This document shows positions 9,682 through 19,320 of a DNA stretch of 64,000 bases, one piece after another. The position numbers were made by a program, and so were the translations under genes. The first letter of the stretch is position 1; every line of letters begins with the position of its first letter. The notes beneath the pieces are model-generated. The model ran no database searches, was not told where the DNA came from, and saw only the letters and a list, made by a program, of their open reading frames with translations. The stretch is from a virus: the IMG/VR virus record IMGVR_UViG_3300017769_000001, positions 32,001 through 96,000 of that record; one strand, given 5' to 3'.

Positions 9682-10493
9682 GAGTTGAAGAGATATTCGA
9701 AGGAATCAGCAATGTTTTATTTCATGGGACTTCTATAGAGGCCGCAGCGTCAATTCTCAAAAGGAATGAGTTCCGCCTGATTCCAGAACTCGCCACCGGG
9801 GAGTTTAAAATGAATGGCAGGCGCAACTCTGAATACGTTTACTTCATGTCTACAGCAAGGACAAAGCAGTCTGATTTTACATCAAAAACCGAAGTGATAT
9901 TTCGTCTCGACGGTCGTAAACTTTCCGCAAATTACACAGGGAGCCCAGTCAGCTTCTTCGGAGACAAATCCGCTATGGATGAAAGCGAAGATCGGATATA
10001 CTCGATGAACCCGACTATAAAAAGAGCATCCCAATACATCACTGCTGTTGAAATGTATAGTATGTTCGGGTCATTTGACGACACAGAGTCCTTCATCATT
10101 CAAACATCGATGAAGATGGGGATTCCTGTTCGGGTTTATGATTCAAAAGAAGATATGGCATCAAATCAACGTCCGTGGTCAGAAGAGAAGGTAATATCTT
10201 CTCTGGAGGGAGAACCGAGGATCCCAGACAGAGGGATGAACAAAGATGCAGAAGAAGTTGGGGATCTTGTTGTTCGATTATTCAAAGGAAGATTTTTTGA
10301 TGATTCAGAAAACAAGTTAAAGAAAGCGTTGCGATACAATGAATTCGACAACCTGATCAACGAATTGTTGCGTAAAGGGTCTGACAACACTCGACACGAA
10401 ATAATGCGGGAAATGAGATTGAATAAGATCCAAAGCATATCTGGGTTGAGAAAGTGGGTTCACGACGAAATGCGCAAGAGAGGTGAAATGTGA
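9678..10493 (+). CDS. MRVEE-leader internal head protein, ART-like; paralog of 12743..13387
   Basis: LFHGTS, FMSTAR, ESEDR (H-S-ExE). Confidence 0.65.
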   Translation: MRVEEIFEGISNVLFHGTSIEAAASILKRNEFRLIPELATGEFKMNGRRNSEYVYFMSTARTKQSDFTSKTEVIFRLDGRKLSANYTGSPVSFFGDKSAMDESEDRIYSMNPTIKRASQYITAVEMYSMFGSFDDTESFIIQTSMKMGIPVRVYDSKEDMASNQRPWSEEKVISSLEGEPRIPDRGMNKDAEEVGDLVVRLFKGRFFDDSENKLKKALRYNEFDNLINELLRKGSDNTRHEIMREMRLNKIQSISGLRKWVHDEMRKRGEM

Positions 10494-10972
10494 GAGTTGA
10501 AGATATTTTCGAAAGCGTTAGAACGTCCGGAGTTTTCTATCACGGCACTAATAAGAAATTCACGACGTTTGACGTTAACGCGGTGCCTGTTAACAGGGCG
10601 ACTAACGTTTCTGGTGCTTACTTTACCCCTAGCATGGTCGAAGCTGGTGAGTACGGTGGACGGATTATCAAAGTAGAAATCAATCCAAGAAAACCTTTCT
10701 TCTCCATGCAGAAGAACCAAATCACCGAATCAATGGTTCGTAAAGCGAAAGAACTTCTTTTGAAGTTTACGACTTACAAGGAAGGTTGGTTGGACAGTGC
10801 CATACTTCCCGCTTTCGTTGAGAGAGGTAATTTCGGCGGACTTTCTGATATCAGTGGTGACATAAAGAGAGATATTCTTTTAGCAGGCGGGTACGATTCG
10901 TATGTAGATGGTCGTCATGTTGTTATTCTTGAGCCAAGTCAAAGATCGGTTAAAATTGTTGGGGAATTCTGA
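10490..10972 (+). CDS. MRVED-leader protein, ART-PolyVal-like
   Basis: FYHGT..KFTTFD, GAYFT, A.EYG, GYDS. Confidence 0.7.
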   Translation: MRVEDIFESVRTSGVFYHGTNKKFTTFDVNAVPVNRATNVSGAYFTPSMVEAGEYGGRIIKVEINPRKPFFSMQKNQITESMVRKAKELLLKFTTYKEGWLDSAILPAFVERGNFGGLSDISGDIKRDILLAGGYDSYVDGRHVVILEPSQRSVKIVGEF

Positions 10973-11409
10973 TGAGAGTGGAAGAGCTTTATGAGGGCAT
11001 CGATGATGGCATGTATGATGATATTACTCTTGAGATTGAAGACCGTTCGGGGCGTTTAATGACGAATCTAGGGGAACCTGTAAAATACCTCTATCGAACC
11101 ATCTCCAATGAAGAGTATGCCGATATCAAAAAATCTGGCATGATAAAGGCCGGTGGTTTTTATGGAAGGATTCATGCTGCCGATATTCCTACGGGTGGAG
11201 ACGGCAATGCGGATCGCGTCATTAAAATCAAATACGATCCTTCTGATGGATGGACACCAAAACGAGCCAGCACTGGCGTTTATGCTACTACTTGGGAAAA
11301 CGTTTCTGCTGATAAAATCGTGGACACTATTCCTTTATCAATTGTTAAGACGAATTGGATGTTGCTAAAAACTTGCTTTAGTCAATACATGGAGTACCAG
11401 ACGCGATGA
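10972..11409 (+). CDS. MRVEE-leader internal head protein, ART-like
   Basis: Shares FYGRIHA, KIKY.PSDGW.PK.ASTGVYA with 9244..9681. Confidence 0.65.
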   Translation: MRVEELYEGIDDGMYDDITLEIEDRSGRLMTNLGEPVKYLYRTISNEEYADIKKSGMIKAGGFYGRIHAADIPTGGDGNADRVIKIKYDPSDGWTPKRASTGVYATTWENVSADKIVDTIPLSIVKTNWMLLKTCFSQYMEYQTR

Positions 11410-12257
11410 AAGTAGAAGAACTGTTCGAAGCAACCGTTATTGGAACGGGGCACAAGAGTCCACTGTCGGACTCGGACACCATTAGAGTCTATCATGGGAC
11501 TGATGACCCTAACTTTTTATTGACCGCCGTTACAAAGGGTCTCAGTGGCGGAATGCGAGCCAACCGCCGTTATTCGTATGAAGCAAACAACAATCCGAAA
11601 GGACTGTTTGTCACCCCTGATCTCAAGACCGCGAAAGACTTCGGTAGTTACATCATAGAATTCCACACCAGAGTTCGAGACTTGGAATCTCCTGTATGGC
11701 CGAATGGGACTTTCACGGGTCAGGGTCAAATGAGTGGAGTTTTTGGTGACGACGCCGACAGGGAACAAGAGAGAATCCGCCAAAGGATGAACTGGAGTGA
11801 ATCGGAATTTGAGTTCGTTAGAAACAGTAGCAGGCCGGAAGTTGCTGCTATGCTACTCGTCTCAGGTGAGCGACAAGCCCTGTTCACCGGAGATTTGAAT
11901 CGCAACTCAATCAGGGCAGTTTGGGTTTCTTCAGATCCTACAAGGATAAATCAACCATACGAACGATTACATCCAAGAGAGCTTCTGAAGCGAGTCAAGG
12001 ATGAAGGACTGATGGATAAGTTCGGAAGTCGTGTAGGGGGCGTTGACAAAGAGTCTGAGATTTTCAGGAACATAAATGGTAAACTCGTTCAGCCTCGCGA
12101 CGACGTGACATTCGAAGATCTTGTTATGGCAGTGAAACGTAAGCGTCCTTTCGTCGACGAAGAAACAATTCGAAGTGTTCTGAGGGACAATGAGGATTAC
12201 ATAAGAAGGTACGTGTGGAGTGACAGGCAGTTCAATCAAGTTATCAGGACAATGTGA
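11406..12257 (+). CDS. MKVEE-leader protein, ART-like
   Basis: VYHGT, GLFVTPD...A..FG, E.QA. Confidence 0.65.
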   Translation: MKVEELFEATVIGTGHKSPLSDSDTIRVYHGTDDPNFLLTAVTKGLSGGMRANRRYSYEANNNPKGLFVTPDLKTAKDFGSYIIEFHTRVRDLESPVWPNGTFTGQGQMSGVFGDDADREQERIRQRMNWSESEFEFVRNSSRPEVAAMLLVSGERQALFTGDLNRNSIRAVWVSSDPTRINQPYERLHPRELLKRVKDEGLMDKFGSRVGGVDKESEIFRNINGKLVQPRDDVTFEDLVMAVKRKRPFVDEETIRSVLRDNEDYIRRYVWSDRQFNQVIRTM

Positions 12258-12709
12258 TGAGAGTTGAAGAAATATTTGAACAACAAAACCAATTGTTCGA
12301 ATCTAAAAAGGAAGTCGTGATATTCGGAGAGAATCATTTTAAATTCGATGAGGTTTCTCGCATCCGGCAGGCAATCGTTGATTTCAATCCGTCCGTCATC
12401 GCTCATGAATTGTATTGGGAAGAAGAAAGCTACTTCAAGCGACATCTCCCCGACGTAAAAGTTCTCCCATTGGAGAAGGAGGTCGGAAAGTTTGACAACA
12501 TGAAGGCTCAATTCAAATCAAGAGAACGTTCTATGATCAATCATCTAAAACGTTACTTCAGGAAATACAATCGGGTCGCTGTTGTGATCGGGGATACCCA
12601 TCTCCGGACAATTGAGACGGAAGAGCTTGGAAGAAAGAGCCCAATCATGGAATGGGCTAAAAGAGTCGGCGCTACGGTTGTAAGAAGCAAATACAGAGAA
12701 ATAAAGTAA
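12257..12709 (+). CDS. MRVEE-leader protein with a Tiki/TraB/ChaN-like metal motif
   Basis: VIFGENH, AHE, RE..M, VVIGDTHL. Confidence 0.6.
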   Translation: MRVEEIFEQQNQLFESKKEVVIFGENHFKFDEVSRIRQAIVDFNPSVIAHELYWEEESYFKRHLPDVKVLPLEKEVGKFDNMKAQFKSRERSMINHLKRYFRKYNRVAVVIGDTHLRTIETEELGRKSPIMEWAKRVGATVVRSKYREIK

Positions 12710-12742
12710 TTATCATCCACAGATGATGTTAAAGAGGAAACA

Positions 12743-13387
12743 ATGAAAGTAACCGACATTTTTTCAGAAGACTCGACGATGACGACAATCGCCAATCTTC
12801 CAAACACCCCGTTCGTTCGTCCTAAGAAGAAAAAGAAAAAGAAGAAAGAGAACGACAAGCTGTACGAAGGTCTTTCTCCCGTTCTCTTTCATGCGACAAG
12901 TTTGAAGTCATTCGTTCAGATAATGAACACCAACGAGATCCGGTTGTCAAAAGACCCCCTGAACAAAGGAAACTTCTACATGTCGTTCTCTAGGAATAGA
13001 ACTAATGACTTCCTAAGATACCTCAATGACATGAGAGATCATGAGCTGGATGAAGAATCGTTCAACCCAAGGGAAGATGCGTTTGTTGTAATGCAGATGG
13101 ACGGGCGGGCACTGTCTTCAAACTTCTCTGGTGGGGCGTTTGATACGTTCGCGTACGATGGGGATGATTATGGAAGACCAGACGCATCTGATTTCATGGA
13201 AGACCGCTTGGTGAGTAACTCCCCGTCGATCAAAAACGCTTCTCGCTACATCAAGGCGGTATCGCTGGTTAATGGGTCTGAAGTTCCAGATTCGACTCTC
13301 GTCAAGTTGGTGGGTCTTTTCGGTGCAAATTTTGCTATGTACGATACACTACAAGACTACATGAAAAACAGGGTGAGGGAGCGTTAA
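12743..13387 (+). CDS. MKVTD-leader protein, poly-Lys tract then ART-like domain
   Basis: K8 run, LYE-GLSPVLFHATS, YMSFSR, MEDR. Confidence 0.6.
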   Translation: MKVTDIFSEDSTMTTIANLPNTPFVRPKKKKKKKKENDKLYEGLSPVLFHATSLKSFVQIMNTNEIRLSKDPLNKGNFYMSFSRNRTNDFLRYLNDMRDHELDEESFNPREDAFVVMQMDGRALSSNFSGGAFDTFAYDGDDYGRPDASDFMEDRLVSNSPSIKNASRYIKAVSLVNGSEVPDSTLVKLVGLFGANFAMYDTLQDYMKNRVRER

Positions 13388-13405
13388 AGCTCCCCCAGCC
13401 GAACA

Positions 13406-13873
13406 TCATTCATCGTCTTTGAATTCGATGATCGGACACACCTTCTCTTTTTTTGCTTTTAAGTATGAAGTAATCAGGCCGGGTTCTTTGTTTTTCTTTT
13501 TGGGCTTGATTTTGTCCCACCCGATAACCTTAGAAAATGTGGTTCCACGTTTTTGGAGAATCCAATCGATAATCCCGACAGCCGCTACCACGTTAAAGAC
13601 AACCCCGAGGGTTAACAGAATCTCAGCACCTTCGTCCTCCGTTACGATCAACGGAAGGCTGGTGAAATATGCGATTATCTGATACAGCGGAGACAACATC
13701 ACGACAGCGATAGCGGCGATGAGTACACCAATAGCAAGCCACATCAGACACCCAGCAACAACCATCCAAAACAGCGAGCACAGCGACACACGCCCATTAG
13801 AACGGATTTCCGCCTTTGCGGACGTGCTGAGGATGTGTTGATATATAAAAGAGGATCTTTTCAATTCTACCAT
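13406..13873 (-). CDS. Membrane protein
   Basis: Two hydrophobic segments, C-terminal YLKAKKEKVCP; sigma70 promoter TTGACA-17-TAAGAT at 13903-13931. Confidence 0.75.
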   Translation of the reverse strand: MVELKRSSFIYQHILSTSAKAEIRSNGRVSLCSLFWMVVAGCLMWLAIGVLIAAIAVVMLSPLYQIIAYFTSLPLIVTEDEGAEILLTLGVVFNVVAAVGIIDWILQKRGTTFSKVIGWDKIKPKKKNKEPGLITSYLKAKKEKVCPIIEFKDDE

Positions 13874-13970
13874 AGTATTTCTCCTTTGAGGTTTGTACCC
13901 GCATCTTAACTCTCTATTGAAGTAGTGTCAACTGAAAAGATAAATAACATCAAACTAATAAGGTAACCTC

Positions 13971-15155
13971 ATGCTGAGTTCTGATTACATCCGATCAATC
14001 GTTCGAGAATCTATCAAAGAATCTTATCAAACCATTCTTTTTGAAAACTTTGGTCTTCTGGAAGACACTCTGATGTCGGCTATGGATGTCGGGTTTGCTG
14101 GAGAAATGGTTCGTGACTTCGAAGAAGTGGTCGACGCCGCAACGAAAGCCGTTGGATTCAATTCGATGGCGATGGATGCAGAAGAATACGTACAGGAAGT
14201 CGTCGAAATTTACAGAACGCTGGTTAAACGTGGAGTAAAGTTCGTTGACTCGGGCGGCAGGGAAGTAAGACAGGGGAATGACTCCAGTTTCTGGATCGGA
14301 CAGTTGAACCGAAATATGGATATGCGGTCTGTTGATAGAGTCGTATCCATATTCTGTGCAATGCTTGTGTCTACCATGAGAATGATCAAAGAGCGAAAGG
14401 ATTTCAAAGACAACAAAGAATCGTACAAGATCATCCATAAGGGATCAAACTTCACTGTGTTCAAACCAGAACACAAAGCCGCAGCGTGTAGACTTGGAGC
14501 AAACACCAAATGGTGTATCTCGGCCAGAGGATCCGACAACTACTTCGACGATTACAATGCACGTGGGGAAGTGTACATCATCCATACCAGAAATGATAAA
14601 TACGCGATCATTATGGCTGATGGGCGTGTGAAAGAGATTCAACATTCTGGGAATACGTACGACGAGCAAAACTACGGGCAGTATGAAGAATTCGTCAGTA
14701 TGATGCGCGGTGATGGAGTTGACCTAGAACTTCTCGATTCTCTGATAGGGAGCAATCTTTCCAAGATCAGGAAAAAGAAGGAATTCCGTATCGAGAGTAT
14801 GGAGTTGATCGGTGATCTTGAAAAGAACATGGCGGTTACTGATACACTCGGATTTGACGATATCGAAAACTTTTATTTGAGCCTTTCTATGGATGGTGAG
14901 ACGCATGAGGTCGACGGTATTATTGTTGCGAAGAAAGCATCAGAAACTTTCATGACAACAATACACAACCCCCACATCGCACCAATAAACGGAATCGCAC
15001 TGGAGTTACTGCCTAAGTTCAATGATGGCAGGTTCCCGGATGATAATGTGATGAACAAATTTTCCGCAGAATTGAGAAAAGTTGTCGAAAAGCGCGTTGG
15101 TGACTTTGAAACAGTAAGACTTCAGCAATTCGTGAAAATTGCTGAAGAGGATTGA
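13971..15155 (+). CDS. Late hypothetical protein, probable internal head protein with a G..TKWCIS domain
   Basis: TAAATA promoter, ILFE/LLE possible protease sites, AAC.LG..TKWCIS motif. Confidence 0.55.
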   Translation: MLSSDYIRSIVRESIKESYQTILFENFGLLEDTLMSAMDVGFAGEMVRDFEEVVDAATKAVGFNSMAMDAEEYVQEVVEIYRTLVKRGVKFVDSGGREVRQGNDSSFWIGQLNRNMDMRSVDRVVSIFCAMLVSTMRMIKERKDFKDNKESYKIIHKGSNFTVFKPEHKAAACRLGANTKWCISARGSDNYFDDYNARGEVYIIHTRNDKYAIIMADGRVKEIQHSGNTYDEQNYGQYEEFVSMMRGDGVDLELLDSLIGSNLSKIRKKKEFRIESMELIGDLEKNMAVTDTLGFDDIENFYLSLSMDGETHEVDGIIVAKKASETFMTTIHNPHIAPINGIALELLPKFNDGRFPDDNVMNKFSAELRKVVEKRVGDFETVRLQQFVKIAEED

Positions 15156-15518
15156 TCAAAGAGTATTCAGTCTGTGTCGTTCTTTAATCAGGGTGGCGAC
15201 TTCTCGAAATCTTTCTACGGCAGGAGTCGTCCCGAGATAAATCGATTCCATCAGAATTGATGTAGCAGAAAAAACATCGTCGAAGCTGGTGTCCTTGGCA
15301 ATGATATCATTCATGAATAACAGGTTATCCATCAGATCGACCGTTGCAGTTGTGGATACTGCAACTTCAGAACTTCCGATCTCACCGATTTGTTTGTTGA
15401 GGATATACTCCATACACACTATAGCGTGATGGTATGAAGAAACCGAGTTTACGGACTGAGATCTGTTAGCGTCTTCTACCGCTTCGATCACTTCATCGAA
15501 TGTTCTCACAGTACTCAC
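15156..15518 (-). CDS. Hypothetical protein (C-terminal Leu-helix group)
   Basis: Coupled ORF. Confidence 0.65.
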   Translation of the reverse strand: MSTVRTFDEVIEAVEDANRSQSVNSVSSYHHAIVCMEYILNKQIGEIGSSEVAVSTTATVDLMDNLLFMNDIIAKDTSFDDVFSATSILMESIYLGTTPAVERFREVATLIKERHRLNTL

Positions 15519-15889
15519 AGTTCTTTCTCCATTCTTAGGACTGACAATACGGTTTCAAGGCGATCAAGAGATCCTTTATTGAATGCCGAATAGTGTTTCA
15601 GAACCCATTTGAGGGAATCAATAAACTGATTCTCATCGTAATGATATAGACCTTCTGCGAGGTTTTCAACCATATCAAGAAGAACTATGTGTCCCGTGTC
15701 TGGAAAATTGACAGAGGCTGTTACATCCACTCCGGTGATGTAATAGCACAGCTCCACGGTTCTTCTGCTGTAGTTCACCGATTCGACGGTACGGTTCACT
15801 ACCGGATGCATTTTGACGTCATCCGTCAGAGCCGTTCTTAGAAACCCGTCGATTATCGGATCTGTGTCAACGGACATAGAGCTTACCAT
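15515..15889 (-). CDS. Hypothetical protein (C-terminal Leu-helix group)
   Basis: Coupled ORF. Confidence 0.65.
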   Translation of the reverse strand: MVSSMSVDTDPIIDGFLRTALTDDVKMHPVVNRTVESVNYSRRTVELCYYITGVDVTASVNFPDTGHIVLLDMVENLAEGLYHYDENQFIDSLKWVLKHYSAFNKGSLDRLETVLSVLRMEKEL

Positions 15890-16337
15890 GAATCTTGCAA
15901 TTCAAATCCACGTTCATCAAACCAGTACCCCAGTACCAATCTTGGTTGTCCATCTTCCCACAGGTACACCCTTTGATCTCTGTTTGATATCGATGGAACC
16001 TCTCGTCTTGATTGAATCCCCATGCAGATTGCAGTTCAAACTCCAATTGGCGGACGGTTTTGATGATGTCTTCAAACGAATCCGGGTTCTCCAGAGCATA
16101 CATCAGACGATCACCGATGATCTGGATCTCGTTAATCTGATCATCGGTCAGCCCGAATTTGTTCGCAAGATCCATGTTGATCTTGTACTTTTTCCGCGAC
16201 CGAAGCTCACCTCCAATCAAATTTACCATAGCCTTAGCTTCTTCTAGTTCGCTGGAAAGCTTGTTAACGACAGCCTTCCAGCTTTTCAGAGAATGTTCCA
16301 GCATTTCCGGACTACACTCTTTCAGTTGCTTTTTCAT
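15867..16337 (-). CDS. Hypothetical protein with C-terminal CxC..C..H cluster
   Basis: LQ.AWGF.QD..FH, GCTC.KMDN, C.IHG. Confidence 0.7.
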   Translation of the reverse strand: MKKQLKECSPEMLEHSLKSWKAVVNKLSSELEEAKAMVNLIGGELRSRKKYKINMDLANKFGLTDDQINEIQIIGDRLMYALENPDSFEDIIKTVRQLEFELQSAWGFNQDERFHRYQTEIKGCTCGKMDNQDWYWGTGLMNVDLNCKIHGKLYVR

Positions 16338-16341
16338 ATAA

Positions 16342-17481
16342 TCACCACTTAAATGAAAATGTTGCTCCAAACTCATCGCCGACTGCTGGATAGTTTGGAA
16401 CTTCCTCTACAGTGTAGTGTAAGCCCAACTCCAAGTTGCTGTCAACCCTATGTGTCAAAGAGGCAATCCAGCGATTCTCTTTCTGCGACATTACTGGATG
16501 GTTTCTGTCGAACTTCGCAACTTCTTGATAAGCAATGGCATCTGCCCTGTCAAGTTCTTCGTAGGTGACTCTCAGTGATGTTTGCCCATATGATAGAACT
16601 GGGGACACCCACCACCCGCTCCTTTGAATGTCATATGACTGTACACCGGATCGCTCCCCCTGAACTCCATTTTCAGTGAGTCCAACTAAGTAATCAACAT
16701 ATTGAAAGTCCATTGACAGGCTGACACCACCATCATAAAGATCCACAGACCCTCCGATAGCAGCCCGACGATCATTGTGCTTTCCGCTGTTGAAAGAGCC
16801 GGGGGCACTTCCTGTTTTATTGACGAGAAGCCAGCCATAGATATTCAATCTCCCGAAGTCATATCCAACATATCCTTCCACTACGGGCGTGTTATTTCCT
16901 TTCTCTTGTGGGTCTAGTGTCCCGTTGAGGTAGCAGTTGCCGCTAAGACATGGGCGATCCCTACCCCAAAGGACAGACAGAGAGGCTGTAAAGCCATCTA
17001 CGTACGAGATCCTATATCCATTGAAGATACCTGAGTTGTAGATGACGGCGTGTGGGGCATAAGGAGCAAATTCGAATACAGGATCGACGTATGTTGTCAT
17101 CCTGCCAAAGTATGATGTGGTTGATTGGGAGTGTTTGTAGAAGACTTTGGCTTCTCTTAACTGAGAGTTGCCGTAATAGTAGATAGATGTTCCAGAGTTC
17201 CTGTAGATGTCTTTTTTGGTGATATCTCCTTGCTTTACTTCGATCTGATCATTGGTCAGTGATGCTTCTATCAAAGCCCCGTACTGCTGGTTTTCTGCTT
17301 TGAGAGTGATAATAGCATCCGTCAGTTTCATTTGATGCTCTCTTCCGGACGAACCTGATCTGAGCTTTTCGTTGAAGAAAGCACCCCCTTTAAGTTCTAA
17401 ACCTAAAGAGGGCTCAACAGCATGTAGTGCGGTTGTGAAGAAAGTTAATAAAAGAGTCAAAGCGAATGTCAAGCGTTTCAT
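16342..17481 (-). CDS. Outer-membrane beta-barrel / porin-like protein
   Basis: Signal peptide MKRLTFALTLLLTFFTTALHA, alternating beta strands, C-terminal beta signal GATFSFKW. Confidence 0.7.
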   Translation of the reverse strand: MKRLTFALTLLLTFFTTALHAVEPSLGLELKGGAFFNEKLRSGSSGREHQMKLTDAIITLKAENQQYGALIEASLTNDQIEVKQGDITKKDIYRNSGTSIYYYGNSQLREAKVFYKHSQSTTSYFGRMTTYVDPVFEFAPYAPHAVIYNSGIFNGYRISYVDGFTASLSVLWGRDRPCLSGNCYLNGTLDPQEKGNNTPVVEGYVGYDFGRLNIYGWLLVNKTGSAPGSFNSGKHNDRRAAIGGSVDLYDGGVSLSMDFQYVDYLVGLTENGVQGERSGVQSYDIQRSGWWVSPVLSYGQTSLRVTYEELDRADAIAYQEVAKFDRNHPVMSQKENRWIASLTHRVDSNLELGLHYTVEEVPNYPAVGDEFGATFSFKW

Positions 17482-17537
17482 GATAAGCCACCCGATTATT
17501 CTAGTAGTTATCATAGTTGTCTCAATCTCCAGATCTG

Positions 17538-17987
17538 TTAGAGTCCACTCATTTCCAGAACGCTTTCCACCATGGTGGCTTCCAATTTTTCTTTCAGCTC
17601 TTCGTCTTTTTTATTCGAAATGTGCTTTATCGATTTCACAACTTTATAACGAATGTAGTTGGCTGTTGACGGTGCTACCCATAAGTCAGCAGGAACTCCA
17701 TCGATATCTATACTCTGGAGATCGCCGTCATCATCAAATCCAGCGCGAACTTTCCCAAAAATATAAACCCCGTCAAGGTTACTCTCGTGAGACGCTATGG
17801 TTGCATGTTTGGTGGATGTTATTTTGAGATTTTTCTGTCTGAAATACCGCAGTATGTACGTATCCAGATCGGTCGTATACCCACTCTTTCTGAGGTATTG
17901 GTTTTTATTCCAAACCCGCAGATAAAGTAGACCGACAATGAGATAGTCCATAATGGTTTTTCTCTTAAAATTATACCGGTTACTCAT
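17538..17987 (-). CDS. Hypothetical protein (C-terminal Leu-helix group)
   Basis: AGGAG RBS. Confidence 0.65.
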   Translation of the reverse strand: MSNRYNFKRKTIMDYLIVGLLYLRVWNKNQYLRKSGYTTDLDTYILRYFRQKNLKITSTKHATIASHESNLDGVYIFGKVRAGFDDDGDLQSIDIDGVPADLWVAPSTANYIRYKVVKSIKHISNKKDEELKEKLEATMVESVLEMSGL

Positions 17988-17998
17988 ATCACACTCCC

Positions 17999-18199
17999 TT
18001 AAACCCAGTCCCAGTTTTGAAGTTTGTGGCGGTTCTCTGTCAAAGCGTCCGCCACTTCGATGAGTTCTTGAATTGACGATACGGCTGTCTGTCTTTCCGT
18101 AGTACCGTCTAAGACGATAATGTCTCCTTCGGCAGTTACGTTAACATCCATGTTAGCACGCTTGCACAACTCGATGAGTTCTTCAATCTTGTCCGCCAT
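17999..18199 (-). CDS. Hypothetical protein
   Basis: Operon packing. Confidence 0.6.
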   Translation of the reverse strand: MADKIEELIELCKRANMDVNVTAEGDIIVLDGTTERQTAVSSIQELIEVADALTENRHKLQNWDWV

Positions 18200-18494
18200 C
18201 GTTTATAACCTTCATCTTCGATACGTTGGTTACGGTTTCTTCGGTGATGCATTCTTTTGTCAACTCTACGAAGTCATCAACAATTTGATCTGTGACTTCC
18301 TGCTTTACCTGAAGAAACCGCTTGTTTACTGGATGTCCGGTTTTGTGATCCCCGACAACAAGCATCGGCATCAGCTTGTTGTGTCCCAGATGAACCATCC
18401 ACTCACGACCATTGTAATCGAACGTCTTGATGACGTCAACCTCGTAGGAATGATTCTCCGGATCCAGACCGATGATTTTAGCTTTTGCTTTCAT
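18183..18494 (-). CDS. Hypothetical protein
   Basis: Operon packing. Confidence 0.6.
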   Translation of the reverse strand: MKAKAKIIGLDPENHSYEVDVIKTFDYNGREWMVHLGHNKLMPMLVVGDHKTGHPVNKRFLQVKQEVTDQIVDDFVELTKECITEETVTNVSKMKVINDGGQD

Positions 18495-18720
18495 CCCACT
18501 TCCTCACCTTGTTTGCGATTTGAAGAATCTCTGAATCAGTCAGAGAAGTGTTAACCGTTCTGCGTATTTCACAGCAAAGCTCTTCAAATGTCAACGTCGA
18601 TGTTTCTTCGGTTTTCTTCTTACCAAATATTCTGTCGTAGTTTTCGCTGTATGCCTGATAGGAAGAACTTCCTGCCCGTGTTTTAATACTGTCTCCAGTT
18701 ATGTCGTTTCTTGCTGCCAT
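18478..18720 (-). CDS. Hypothetical protein (NDITGDSI / NYDRIF phage family)
   Basis: Motifs recurrent in small phage proteins. Confidence 0.65.
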   Translation of the reverse strand: MAARNDITGDSIKTRAGSSSYQAYSENYDRIFGKKKTEETSTLTFEELCCEIRRTVNTSLTDSEILQIANKVRKWDESKS

Positions 18721-19319
18721 TATAGTAGCTCCAGTCTCAGTTTTATAAATGAATGATCAATGTCGCTCATCGTAACATAATCGTGATCGAATGTTAATTC
18801 CAAATCAAGACACGAGTGATCCATGTGCGCCAAGTACTGATGATAAAAGAATTGCGAATACAAACTCTCCGAATGGAACTTATCGTAAGAGTTTAGAAAC
18901 TTACTATACAATTCACCGACCATGATCGTCATCCAATACGTCGGCTTGACTTTGAACGCCGCTACTGGTTTTTCGTATGTAAGATCTTCTCTATAGTACA
19001 TGAATGAAAGTGAGCACTGAGTTCCAGACAAATAGTCTTGATGGATCCCCACAATGAGACCTCCGATTTTGAAGAACGCCTCATGTGGAGTTCCAAAACA
19101 AATCCCGGCTCTTCTCATATCATCCATGTCTAGCCGTCTGATCTCATCAATGATACAGAATGCCTTGAACATTTCTTCGGAACCACCAAACCGCATCATA
19201 AACCGATTTGAAGTTATCAATCCGGGGAGTGCTATGTTGTATGCGAGATTGTACCAGCGCATTCTCCTGAAGAACTTCTTTCTCCGGTTCGTGAATATCG
19301 TCTGGTCGTTAAGATCCAT
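18720..19319 (-). CDS. Hypothetical protein (C-terminal Leu-helix group)
   Basis: Operon packing. Confidence 0.65.
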   Translation of the reverse strand: MDLNDQTIFTNRRKKFFRRMRWYNLAYNIALPGLITSNRFMMRFGGSEEMFKAFCIIDEIRRLDMDDMRRAGICFGTPHEAFFKIGGLIVGIHQDYLSGTQCSLSFMYYREDLTYEKPVAAFKVKPTYWMTIMVGELYSKFLNSYDKFHSESLYSQFFYHQYLAHMDHSCLDLELTFDHDYVTMSDIDHSFIKLRLELL

Positions 19320-19320
19320 T

